A stretch of 32,000 bases of DNA from Methanothermobacter thermautotrophicus str. Delta H (lineage in GTDB: Archaea; Methanobacteriota; Methanobacteria; Methanobacteriales; Methanothermobacteraceae). Positions 17,255-26,357 of the stretch are shown piece after piece. A program made the position numbers and the translations under genes. The stretch's first letter is position 1. Every line of letters starts with the position of its first letter. The stretch lies in contig NC_000916.1 of assembly GCF_000008645.1 (NCBI RefSeq), positions 455,594 to 487,593 of the forward strand, written 5' to 3'. Below the pieces are notes generated by a model that did not search any database, was not told where the DNA came from, and saw only the letters and a program-made list of their open reading frames with translations.

Positions 17255-18692
17255 ACCTGTATCCCCCCTCTCCTATTATGAGCACCGTGTCATCAGGTCC
17301 TGCAAGTTCAAGGGCCTTCCTGACGGCCTCAGCTACCTGCTCCCTGCTGGCACCCAGGGTGCCTCCACCGGCCCTCATCCTGCTGGACCCTATGTGGACC
17401 GCTCTCTCTCCAAGGATGTCTGAGGCCCTCCTGGCGGCGTAGGATGCTGGTATGACCACATCCGCATCCTTGAGGATCGCTGCAATCTCCCTGTCCCCAT
17501 CGATCCCGCTCTCAGATGCCACGGTGTTGACCACTATGAGTCTGCCCTTTCCCCTGAGGTCCTGCATCACTGCCCTGACACCTGCAGGGTTGTGGGCGTA
17601 GTCCAGGATTATCCTGGGCGACTCTGAGAGTTCCTGGAACCTCCCCGGGACGCCTTTGAATGATTCCAGACCCCGGACTATGTCATCAATTTCCAGTCCC
17701 ATGGTCCATGCGGTTGCAGCTGCCGCCAAGGCGTTGTAGACATTGAATATCCCGGGGGTTGCAAGCCTTACCTCCCTCATCTCCTGACCGATTACGAGCT
17801 TGAAGCCCCCGGGGGATGCCTCGATGGCCATGACATCTGGCTGGGGTCTCAGGTACCCGCAGATGCACTGGTAGTCGCCGAGGTGCCCAATGGTTCTCCT
17901 GGTGTACCTGAGGGGCTTCCCGCACTTGGGGCACTCCCTGCCCTCAGGCACCACGCCACCGGATTCAGAGCTCTGTATGCCATAGAACACAACCCTCTCA
18001 CGGGGGAGTCCGTCTGCAAGGGAGGCTACAATGGGGTCATCTGCATTCAGGACAAGGTCCTCTGCAACCTCCACCATTTCACCCTTGCATTCAATGTAGT
18101 CAGAGAATCTCCGCCCAGCTGAGAGGTGGTCCCTTGATATGTTTGTTATAACACCCACCGAGACACCTGAGAGCATCGCGGAGCTTCTTATCTCCCCCCT
18201 CCTGCCGAAGGTACCTATCTCAACGACGGCGACGTCACCCGGCAGCCTTGCCTGGAGGGCAGGTACAAGTTCAGTGTTTCCCTGGATGTTCAGGTGGTGC
18301 TCCGGGACCCTCATACCTGCAACCCGCATTATGGATTTGAGCATGCCAGTGGTTGTTGTTTTCCCGTTTGTCCCTGTAACACCCACCACCGGTTTATCCA
18401 CAGGGCACATGTTGAGTACGTCCTCAACACCTATGACGTCGGCGTCAAGGCCACCTGTGAGGTCAAGGATCTTCCGGTTATTCTCAAGGGCAGGTGTTAT
18501 GGCCACCGTCCTCGCCCTCCTGAGTATCTCAGGGTCATGTCCTCCGAGGTCGAGGTGTATGCCCTCCTCCCTCAGCACATCCGCCAGGGGTGTGTCCTCC
18601 CGGAGATTCCGAGACCACGACCCTGTGGCCCCGGGCCTGAGGTTTCTTGCCATCAGGTCTCCGACGTTCCCCAGACCCCCAAGGACGACCAC
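17232..18692 (-). CDS. Mur-ligase family protein C (pseudomurein-type peptide ligase paralog) with a Cys4 zinc-ribbon insert
   Basis: GTG 18692 is preceded by GGAGG (18702-18698) and opens (M)VVLGGLGNVG, like its paralogs MKVLVIGAGNAG and MKVAVLGLGAEG. It carries GVTGTNGKTTT, ITNISRDH, CPKCGKPLRYTRRTIGHLGDYQCICG and LDYAHNP. It is in frame with ligase B, with no stop codon upstream; the track shows both as one 751-aa ORF. Confidence 0.85.
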   Translation of the reverse strand: MVVLGGLGNVGDLMARNLRPGATGSWSRNLREDTPLADVLREEGIHLDLGGHDPEILRRARTVAITPALENNRKILDLTGGLDADVIGVEDVLNMCPVDKPVVGVTGTNGKTTTTGMLKSIMRVAGMRVPEHHLNIQGNTELVPALQARLPGDVAVVEIGTFGRRGEIRSSAMLSGVSVGVITNISRDHLSAGRRFSDYIECKGEMVEVAEDLVLNADDPIVASLADGLPRERVVFYGIQSSESGGVVPEGRECPKCGKPLRYTRRTIGHLGDYQCICGYLRPQPDVMAIEASPGGFKLVIGQEMREVRLATPGIFNVYNALAAAATAWTMGLEIDDIVRGLESFKGVPGRFQELSESPRIILDYAHNPAGVRAVMQDLRGKGRLIVVNTVASESGIDGDREIAAILKDADVVIPASYAARRASDILGERAVHIGSSRMRAGGGTLGASREQVAEAVRKALELAGPDDTVLIIGEGGYRYAEESIR

Positions 18693-20232
18693 ACAGTCCT
18701 CCACGGATTTCAGGGCCTCCTCTATGTCGGACCTTACATTTTCGTAGGTGTTGACAACCCCGGGGCCTATGTGAAGGATGGTGTCCCCTGGCTCCGCGAT
18801 CTCAAGGGCCCTCCTTATGCTGTCGTATACGCTCTCAGTCTTTATGGTCCTCTCCTCGCCGGCGCCCCACGCCACCTCATCGGCGGCCTCCATGTCTGTG
18901 ACGCCTGTTGTCTCGTTCTTTGCACTTACGATGATGGTGTGGGCCCTCTCAGCCAGCACCCTCCCTATCCTTTCCTTGTCCCTCACCGTGAGGGTGTCAG
19001 GGTTGTCGAGGCTCACTATGAGTCTGCCCTGGAACTCCATGCCCTCGAAGAGTTTCTCCATGCTCTCGGGGTTGTGGGCTGCGTCCATGTATACCCTGAC
19101 ACCGTCAACCTCGTCTATGAACTCAAATCTGCCCCTTATGCCCCTGAAGTCCTCGATACTCCTCTTAATATCCTCCATGTCGAATCCGAGTATGAGTGCG
19201 ACGGTTATGGCTGCGAGGGCATTTTCAATGTTGAATATGCCCGGGACCCTGAGGTTTATCCTCTCCCTCAGGGGCCCCACAGAGACGGCCTCATCATGTT
19301 TCCTGCAGTTGAGGGCTCCGCAGGTGCTGCAGATGGCTGTCTGTATCTCTGATACATTCAGGGTGAAGGTGGATCCTGCAAGTCCCCTCAGCTCTATATC
19401 GGAGGCCCTGACCTGGATACTGGCTGAGCATGAATCTCCTTCCCATGAATTCAACGGTCCTCCTCTCACCCACACCATAGACCACATTTTCTACTTCAAG
19501 GTCGTCCAGGAGGCTCGATATGACCGGGTCATCACCACATAGTGCCAGAACTCCGCCAGGAGCCATGAGGTCCTTTATTGAGAAGTTCCTCTCAATGTAC
19601 TCATCGTAGTTACTGAATTCGTCCATGTGATCCGGTGTGAGGTTTGTCACAACCCCTGCTGAGAGTTCAAGGCCCTCAGCCATCCTTATCGTCCCGTGGG
19701 GGAGTTCAAACACTGCAAGATCCCTGTCGTCGATATCCCCATTTACCACAAGTTCCACGAGGCCCTCTATCACCAGTGAATCCTGGAGTGATGAGAATGA
19801 TACTGTCCTGTAACGTGAGGAGAGGATGTGGTCTATCATGTTGGTTGTCGTGGTCTTCCCATCGGTTCCCGCAACTCCGACCATTGGGAGCCCTATGAGT
19901 TCATTGAGGGTCCTCCCTATATCAGAGGTTGTTATGTGGACCAGGTCCCCTGCTTCCCTTACCATTTTACGTACCGGTGCGTCCTGGGGGATGTTGGGTG
20001 ATATGAAAACAGCGTCAGCCCAGAGTATGTCCTCCATGCTGTGACCCCCGAACCTGAACATCACGCCCTCATCCTCCATCTCAGCTATCCTCTTCTGGGC
20101 CTTCAGGGGTAGTTCATGGAGTTCCCTGACGTCGTTCACAAGTACCCTGTTGTTCAGGTGGTTGAGCAATCTCGCTGCGGGTCTACCTGCGTTTCCAGCT
20201 CCAATCACAAGCACTTTCATGTTCCTGATCAA
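18693..20232 (-). CDS. Mur-ligase family protein B (pseudomurein-type paralog); frame interrupted about 19400-19470 and no stop codon before ligase C
   Basis: Track ORF 19294..20232 provides MKVLVIGAGNAG..., GVAGTDGKTTT and VTNLTPDH, and runs out of frame after ...VVYGVGERRTVEFMG. The continuation ...SASIQVRASDIELRGLAGSTFTL...VPGIFNIENALAA...FRGIRGRFE...MDAAHNP...GDTILHIGPG is the N-terminal 265 aa of the 751-aa track ORF. Confidence 0.85.
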
Positions 20233-20250
20233 TTAAATGCACCCATAAAC

Positions 20251-20262
20251 GTTTTTATTAAA
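20251..20262 (-). promoter_or_regulatory. Candidate TATA box for the Mur ligase B/C transcription unit
   Basis: The minus strand reads GTGTTTAATAAAAACG about 30-40 nt upstream of ATG 20232. Confidence 0.35.
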
Positions 20263-20523
20263 CACGCGTTCCTTCCTGATTAATCTGTGAATAAGAGTCA
20301 CCTGATGGCACCCGTCCTGACCGAGGTAGTGGGTGTACCTATGGATCATTCGGTGGGATATCTACCAGAGGCAGTCTACCTAAAGATCCTCACCCGGGAG
20401 GATATGTATCCACCCATAGACACTCTACCTATAAAGATATGTTCTCATCCTATATAGCTATCAGATCCCGGGTCAGGCATCTGGCTCAGTAATCCATGAA
20501 CTCCCTGGAGTGTTAGAGGTGAT

Positions 20524-21738
20524 CTAGAGACAGGATGCAAGTCCCTCAAGTTCCTCCTGGACCCGGATTATCACATCCTGACCGTTACCAGCCACAAGTA
20601 TCCTCCTGTACTCCCTGGAGAACTCCCTCACCATTTCAGGGATATCCCCCGGGTCATGGACAGTCAGGATCTCTGATGGAATCCTGAGGCTCTTAAGGTG
20701 CTCAAGGGCCATGTCAACTGTATCATCGAGGCCCGGGAAGAGTACCAGGATTTCGGGTGGAGACTCTGCGATTTCATCAAGAATCCCCAGGCGCCACTCC
20801 TCTGATCTTCGTGGTGTGCCAAGGAATATGACATCAAAATTAGATTCCCTGAGCAGTGCCCTCATGGCGTGGGGGTTATCGGTTTTACCTGCAACTACCA
20901 GTGCATCGTTTACACTGAAGGACCTTATACGGCCAGCCACCGGTCTGAATACTGAGAGGTGCCTGGAGATGACTTCTGAGGGTACCCCGAGGAATTCCAG
21001 TGCCTCTGCAGCGGCCCCAGCGTTGAGCCTGTTGAACTCCCCCTCCAGGACGAGTTCGCCCCTGTAGGGGGTGTACTCCATGACACTGCTGGCCCCTGAT
21101 GTTAGTTCCTCCAGGTGGGGTTCATCTGCAGAGATCACCACAGCCCTGCCCTCCAGGAAGCTGGCCACTGATTCCCTGTAGTTCTCCATGGAGCCATGGA
21201 AGTTCAGGTGGTCCTCGCCGAGGTTTGTGATGACGGCCAGATCAATATCGAAGCACTCAGATGCGAATTCAAGGGTCATGTCGCAGACCTCAACCACGAT
21301 GTAATCGAATTCCTCCTCAGCTGCCCTCAGGATTACCTCTGTGTATCCATCAAAGCCTCCCCCGGCGTTTCCACCGAGAAGGACCCTCCAGCCTGAACTC
21401 TCCAGTACATGTGCTATCATTGACGCCGTCGTGGTCTTCCCGTTGGTCCCTGTAACTGCAACGGTGACAGGGACCCTGTGCCCCCTGAGTACCCTGCAGA
21501 GAAGCCTGTCACTGAAGCTCTCCCAGAGCCCCGTGCCAAAGATCGAGGGGCTCAGCACCACAGCATCCGATGATGCTATCCTTTCGGTGTCATGGAAGCC
21601 CAGGTCAACGTCCACACCCTCGAGGTTCAGATCAATGTCCGCCCTTATATCACTGGCGTATACCCTGTGTCCCCTCCTCCTGAGGGATTCAACAGCCTTT
21701 AAACCCTCAGCTCCAAGTCCCAGAACCGCAACCTTCAT
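20524..21738 (-). CDS. Mur-ligase family protein A (MurD-like architecture; pseudomurein-type paralog)
   Basis: This is a 404-aa ORF. It has the Rossmann-like N-domain MKVAVLGLGAEGLKAVESLRRRGHRVYASD, followed by AVTGTNGKTTT, VEVCDMT and ITNLGEDHLNFHG. Confidence 0.9.
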   Translation of the reverse strand: MKVAVLGLGAEGLKAVESLRRRGHRVYASDIRADIDLNLEGVDVDLGFHDTERIASSDAVVLSPSIFGTGLWESFSDRLLCRVLRGHRVPVTVAVTGTNGKTTTASMIAHVLESSGWRVLLGGNAGGGFDGYTEVILRAAEEEFDYIVVEVCDMTLEFASECFDIDLAVITNLGEDHLNFHGSMENYRESVASFLEGRAVVISADEPHLEELTSGASSVMEYTPYRGELVLEGEFNRLNAGAAAEALEFLGVPSEVISRHLSVFRPVAGRIRSFSVNDALVVAGKTDNPHAMRALLRESNFDVIFLGTPRRSEEWRLGILDEIAESPPEILVLFPGLDDTVDMALEHLKSLRIPSEILTVHDPGDIPEMVREFSREYRRILVAGNGQDVIIRVQEELEGLASCL

Positions 21739-21766
21739 TGATTCACCGTTAACTGCTCTTTAAGGA

Positions 21767-22042
21767 TCATTTCTCATCCTTCTCATCAGAGAATCCCTGC
21801 TCCTCTTCATTTTCTTCATCATCGGAGATTCCGTACTCCTCCTTGAGCTGGGCTATTAGATCCTCATTCATGGATACCTCTGGTATCACAGCCTTTTCAT
21901 CCTCGCTGGCTCCCCTTTTCCTTCCTATGGAAACAATCAGTACAACTATAACTGCAATGGCCACTATAACGGCTGCAACGGTTATCAGAACATCAATGCC
22001 TATTGCTGGAGTCTCTGTGCCGGCGCCGGGTCCCATGGTCAC
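21767..22042 (-). CDS. Small single-pass membrane protein with an acidic C-terminal tail
   Basis: This is a 91-aa ORF with the TM segment VLITVAAVIVAIAVIVVLIVSI followed by a tail of about 50 residues rich in D/E. The more likely start is ATG 22036 (GAGGTG upstream). It is the first gene of the minus-strand Mur operon. Confidence 0.6.
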   Translation of the reverse strand: MTMGPGAGTETPAIGIDVLITVAAVIVAIAVIVVLIVSIGRKRGASEDEKAVIPEVSMNEDLIAQLKEEYGISDDEENEEEQGFSDEKDEK

Positions 22043-22050
22043 ACCTCAAT

Positions 22051-22060
22051 TTTATATAAA
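22051..22060 (+). promoter_or_regulatory. TATA box (TTTATATAAA) in a 41-bp divergent intergenic region
   Basis: The box is centred about 28 nt upstream of ATG 22084, which implies a leaderless or near-leaderless mRNA for the pilin-like gene. A second AT element (atatatat, 22071-22078) could serve the minus-strand gene. Confidence 0.45.
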
Positions 22061-22083
22061 TAATCATACAATATATATCTTAC

Positions 22084-22647
22084 ATGATAATCAAGGATTT
22101 AAGGGGACAGGGTGGTGCTGAGTACATACTCCTTTTTGCGGCCATAATAGTGATAGCCGTTGCAGCTCTCTACATATACAGCTCCTACTTCAGGTTTTCA
22201 GGGAACGAGGCCGTTGATGTTAAACTCACCATAACAAATATCGGTCCATCCAAGAGCAAGTTCATCTATGAGGCCAACAACACCACCGGCGGCGGAAGCA
22301 GACACATAGTATCCGGGGATCCAGGTAACAGGTTCTTCCTTCTCCAGCCCGGTGCAAGCCGTACCTTCAACCTTGGAAGGATGAGTGGAGGTACGAGCTT
22401 CACCATAGAGGGAGGAGTCGGAGACCCCAAAGGCGGAACAGATGACCTCAAGGGTATAGGGCAGAGGGGCCGGTGGACGCTGAAAATAGGCAACCAGAGC
22501 TACTCATGGGTTATAAGCGGACCATATGATTACCGCAGGAACCCCACCGGTAGCGTGCTGATGTCATTCTCCATAAGCGGAGGTGGAGGTTCACCCTTCA
22601 AATTCACCAGCGACCAGGTCAAGGTGAGGGGAAACGTGTCAGGATGA
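22084..22647 (+). CDS. Class III signal peptide (archaeal type IV pilin-like) protein
   Basis: This is a 187-aa ORF. The N-terminus [32 protein letters not shown] matches the archaeal prepilin pattern (K/R-G-Q...AEY plus a hydrophobic helix). The remainder is Gly/Ser-rich and beta-like. Confidence 0.75.
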   Translation: MIIKDLRGQGGAEYILLFAAIIVIAVAALYIYSSYFRFSGNEAVDVKLTITNIGPSKSKFIYEANNTTGGGSRHIVSGDPGNRFFLLQPGASRTFNLGRMSGGTSFTIEGGVGDPKGGTDDLKGIGQRGRWTLKIGNQSYSWVISGPYDYRRNPTGSVLMSFSISGGGGSPFKFTSDQVKVRGNVSG

Positions 22648-22709
22648 GCACCTAAACTGAAAACCCATGGCTAAATGCCGCGGGGAATCAGGATGAAAAC
22701 CTTCAAGGG

Positions 22710-23219
22710 GTGATGTGTTTGAGCAGATATGAGAAGGCGACCTTCGGGGCCGGATGCTTCTGGGGGGTCGAGGACGCCTTCAGAAAGGTTGATGGTGTTG
22801 TATCAACCCGTGTGGGATACATGGGGGGTCACCTTGAGAACCCCACATATGAGGATGTCTGCACCGGTCTTACAGGACACGCAGAGGTGGTTGAGGTAAC
22901 CTTTGACCCTGATGTTGTGGGTTACAGCGACCTCCTTGATGTGTTCTGGAGCATACATGACCCGACGACCCTCAACAGGCAGGGCCCGGATGTGGGAGAG
23001 CAGTACCGCTCGGTCATATTCTACCACAGCGATGAGCAGCGAAGGGCTGCCATTGAGTCAAGAAGGAGACTTGAGGAGTCTGGAAGGTTCAGAGACAGGA
23101 TAGTTACAGCCATTGAACCAGCAGGGACCTTTTATGAGGCCGAGGAGTACCACCAGCAGTACCTTGAGAAGAACCCCCGGAGGAGATGCTACCTCATGAG
23201 ACTACTCTCAACGAGGTGA
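22710..23219 (+). CDS. msrA: Peptide-methionine (S)-S-oxide reductase MsrA
   Basis: This is a 169-aa ORF. It carries the [12 protein letters not shown] catalytic motif, GYMGG...[35 protein letters not shown] and [12 protein letters not shown]. The C-terminal tail after a C5 run (23176-23180 region) is unusual, so the stop position is somewhat uncertain. Confidence 0.92.
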   Translation: MMCLSRYEKATFGAGCFWGVEDAFRKVDGVVSTRVGYMGGHLENPTYEDVCTGLTGHAEVVEVTFDPDVVGYSDLLDVFWSIHDPTTLNRQGPDVGEQYRSVIFYHSDEQRRAAIESRRRLEESGRFRDRIVTAIEPAGTFYEAEEYHQQYLEKNPRRRCYLMRLLSTR

Positions 23220-23223
23220 TCCA

Positions 23224-24890
23224 GTGAAGATCAATGATGATGCTTCAATCGTCCTCTGCGGTGAGGCAGGGCAGGGCATACAGACCGTCGAGGCCCTCCT
23301 CATAAGGCCTTCAAGGCCACCGGCTACCACATATTCTCCTGCAAGGAGTACATGTCCCGTGTGCGTGGAGGGGAGAACTCCACACTGATAAGGGTATCAT
23401 CCACACCGGTCCGGGCCTTCATAGAAAGGGTGGATGTGCTGTTTGCACTGAGCCCCGGTGCAGTGGAACACATGGATGGCCGTGTGAAGGATACACTGGT
23501 CATTGCAGATGAGGAGTTCCATGAGGAGGGCGCCATCAGCCTCCCGATAATGGGGGAGGCAGAGAAGCTGGGGGGCAGGATATTCGCCAATGTCGTTGCA
23601 GCGGGTGCAGCCGCAAACCTCTTCGGTGTCAGAGAGGAAACATTCGATGAAGCCGTGCGGTCCCTATTCGAACGCAAGGGCCCTGACATAGTAGAGGCCG
23701 ACCTCAGGGCCGGGAGGAAGGGCTATGAACTGGGTGATGAACTCAGGGAGCACCTTGAGATCAGCATTGAACCCCAGCCATCGGTGAGGGAACACGTTGT
23801 CCTCAACGGGACAGAAGCCGTTGGCATAGGGTGCATCGCCGGGGGCTGCCGCTTCATGTCATCATACCCCATGACACCATCAACTCCACTCCAGGTATTC
23901 ATATCAGAGAACGCCGCTGAATTCGACATGGTATTCGAGCAGGCAGAGGATGAGATTGCAGCCATCAACATGTGCCTGGGGGCCTCCTATGCGGGTGCAC
24001 GGTCCCTTGTCGCAACCTCAGGTAGCGGATTTGCCCTCATGGAGGAGGCCGTTGGCCTTGCAGGTATGATAGAAACACCTGTGGTTATATACATAGGCCA
24101 GAGGCCGGGGCCGGCTGTTGGTCTTCCCACCAGGACAGCCCAGGAGGACCTGAACCTCGCCCTCTACGCAGGCCCCGGTGAGTTCCCAAGGGCAATTCTG
24201 GCTCCAGGGAAACTCGAGGATGCCCCTGAAATCGCGGCCCATGCCTTCAACCTGGCAGACAGGTACCAGATACCTGTATTTCTGCTCTCAGACCAGTACC
24301 TGGCAGACCTCTACTACGACCTACCCTCACCCCAGATCGGTGAGGAACCCTCTTACCATATCACCCGGACATGGGAGGGTTACAGGAGATTCGAGTTCAC
24401 AGCTGATGGTATATCACCCAGGGGTATTCCAGGCTACGGGTCCGGGACGGTACGGGTGGACTCAGATGAGCACGATGAGGAGGGCCTGATAACAGAGGAC
24501 CTTGATGTGAGGAGGAGGATGGTTGAGAAGAGGAACCTGCGCCTTGAGATGCTGAAGGATGACACCCTGAAGCCTGAGGTGTACGGTGATAACTCCTCTG
24601 CACTGATATGCTGGGGTTCCACCTACTGGCTGGTACGGGAGGCCATCGAGTCATCCGGTGCAGATGTGAGCATGGTGCACTTCAGCCAGGTCTACCCCCT
24701 CCCCCATGACACCCTGGAGCTCCTGGAATCATTCGACAGGACCGCTGTGGTTGAGAACAATTACCGCGGACAGTTCGCGGACCTCCTCAAGCTTGAGGGA
24801 TTTGAGGCCGATGAAAGGTTCAGGAGGTACGATGGCATGCCCTTCAGCGTTGAGGGGGTTGCCGGATTCATCGAGGAGGTTCTCCTATGA
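23224..24890 (+). CDS. 2-oxoacid:ferredoxin oxidoreductase alpha subunit (gamma-alpha fusion, two-subunit OFOR type); frame interrupted near 23305-23310 as sequenced
   Basis: GTG 23224 (GAGGTGAT upstream) opens [28 protein letters not shown]. Adding one G at AAGG|CC gives [32 protein letters not shown], the gamma-domain core, which is the start of track ORF 23352..24890. The alpha part reads [26 protein letters not shown]...[32 protein letters not shown]. Confidence 0.85.
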
Positions 24891-25753
24891 GGCCAGAGGA
24901 TTATGACATGAATGTTGAAATTGCATGGTGTCCAGGATGCGGTAACTTCTCCATCCTGAGGGCCCTCAAGATGGCCCTTGCAGACCTGGATATACTCCCT
25001 GAGAGGCTTGTCCTTGTCTCGGGGATAGGCCAGGCAGGGAAGCTCCCCCAGTACCTGAAGTGCAACCACTTCAATGGACTTCATGGCAGATCCCTCCCTG
25101 CTGCAGTGGCCATCAAGGCCACGAACCCCCAGCTCACAGTCATCGATGTGAGCGGTGACGGCTGCATGTACGGTGAGGGCGGAAACCACCTCATCCATAA
25201 CATCCGGAGGAACCCGGACATAACCACCATCGTTCATGGCAACATGGTCTACGGTCTCACCAAGGGCCAGGCGTCCCCCACAAGTCAGCCCGGCTTCAGG
25301 ACTCCTGTGCAGGTTCAGGGGGTCTTTGAGGAACCATTCAACCCATTAGCCGTGGCGGTTGCCCTGGGGGCCACCTTCGTTGCAAGGGCCTTCTCAGGGG
25401 ATGTTGAGAGGACGCGTGACATACTGGTCGAGGCTATCAGCCATCATGGTTATGCCCTCGTGGATATATTCCAGCCCTGTGTGACCTTCAACCGTGTTAA
25501 CACCTTCCAGTGGTTCCGGGAACACACATACTACACCGATCATGATCCTGCAGACAGGTTGCTGGCCCTTGAGAAATCCCTTGAGGGATACGGTGGGGGT
25601 AGGTTTCCACTGGGTGTCATATACAGAGTTGAGGGTGAGAGGACCTTCGAGGAAAATCTCAGTGTATACCATGGGGATGCCACTCCCCTCTGGAGGCGGA
25701 GCCATGACCCTGATAAACTGAAGCGTCTCATTGAATCAAAGAGGATGGTGTAG
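24887..25753 (+). CDS. 2-oxoacid:ferredoxin oxidoreductase beta subunit (TPP-binding)
   Basis: This is a 288-aa ORF that overlaps the alpha stop by 4 nt. It carries [39 protein letters not shown] (the GDG-x-N TPP motif) and [14 protein letters not shown]. Confidence 0.9.
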   Translation: MRPEDYDMNVEIAWCPGCGNFSILRALKMALADLDILPERLVLVSGIGQAGKLPQYLKCNHFNGLHGRSLPAAVAIKATNPQLTVIDVSGDGCMYGEGGNHLIHNIRRNPDITTIVHGNMVYGLTKGQASPTSQPGFRTPVQVQGVFEEPFNPLAVAVALGATFVARAFSGDVERTRDILVEAISHHGYALVDIFQPCVTFNRVNTFQWFREHTYYTDHDPADRLLALEKSLEGYGGGRFPLGVIYRVEGERTFEENLSVYHGDATPLWRRSHDPDKLKRLIESKRMV

Positions 25754-25794
25754 CTTCAGTCAAACTGATGTATTTTATTTAATAGGGTGATAGA

Positions 25795-26130
25795 GTGACA
25801 GCTGAAATCAGGCTCTACATAACTGAGGGTGAGGTTGAGGATTACAGGGTGTTTCTGGAGAGGCTCGAACAGTCGGGCCTCGAGTGGAGACCTGCAACCC
25901 CTGAGGATGCCGATGCGGTCATAGTACTTGCGGGTCTATGGGGCACCCGGAGGGATGAGATACTGGGTGCTGTGGATCTTGCACGTAAATCATCAAAGCC
26001 CATAATAACCGTGAGACCCTACGGCCTTGAGAATGTACCCCCTGAACTGGAAGCAGTGAGTTCCGAGGTCGTCGGCTGGAACCCCCACTGCATAAGGGAT
26101 GCTCTCGAGGATGCCCTGGATGTGATCTAA
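25795..26130 (+). CDS. Stand-alone TIR-like / flavodoxin-fold protein (MTH538-type, DUF1863-like)
   Basis: This is a 111-aa ORF with a GTG start, GGGTGATAGA upstream, and a TTTTATTTAATA box. It has an alternating beta-alpha pattern (IRLYITEGE...[13 protein letters not shown]...[10 protein letters not shown]). Its size and its position relative to rad50/mre11 match my memory of the M. thermautotrophicus protein MTH538. I could not verify that identification here. Confidence 0.65.
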
Positions 26131-26261
26131 TTCGTTAAGTAGTAGCTACGATCAGGCTGAAGCTGTCTACGCATCCTCTGCAAGGCCTGCAGAACCATCA
26201 TTATTCAGGTACCTCAGCTGATAACAGGTCCATAAAAATGATCACAATATTCAGAGGATAA

Positions 26262-26287
26262 TAACTCCTGGTATTAACTCCTGGTAT
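26262..26287. repeat. Perfect 13-bp tandem duplication (TAACTCCTGGTAT x2) in a convergent intergenic region
   Basis: I read it directly as ataTAACTCCTGGTATTAACTCCTGGTATcaa. Confidence 0.9.
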
Positions 26288-26320
26288 CAATAAGGTTGCC
26301 TGCTTGACTGATGGGAATTC

Positions 26321-26329
26321 AAAAAAAAA
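26321..26329 (-). terminator. Oligo-T (T9 on the minus strand) terminator after the YKK-repeat gene
   Basis: The minus strand reads CCTTTTCTTTTTTTTTGAA about 30 nt downstream of the stop at 26358. Confidence 0.5.
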
Positions 26330-26357
26330 GAAAAGGTTAGGGTTAGGGTGGCCATTT

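Noticed and set aside
18294-19542. Long plus-strand ORFs (352 aa at 18294..19352 and 254 aa at 18778..19542), with similar ones at 15631..16329, 18139..18747, 2538..2975 and 27432..28028.
   Set aside because: They lie antisense to genes with unambiguous family motifs (Mur ligases, MobA-like, helicase, Rad50). They have Pro/Ser/Arg/His-rich low-complexity composition and no RBS. Long antisense ORFs are expected from the strong codon bias of the sense genes.
23170-23227. A possible additional indel at the C5 run near the end of msrA. With C6 the frame would read ...[19 protein letters not shown] and stop at a TGA overlapping the GTG start of the OFOR alpha gene. With C4 it would stop earlier (KNPGGDATS).
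   Set aside because: None of the three alternative tails matches a motif I can recognise with confidence (the typical NPxGYC ending is not recovered in any frame). There is no positive evidence for an error here.
26337-26348. A telomere-like TTAGGGTTAGGG sequence (two copies) just downstream of the YKK-repeat gene.
   Set aside because: There are only two units, it sits beside an oligo-T terminator in a prokaryotic context, and it is too short to be meaningful.
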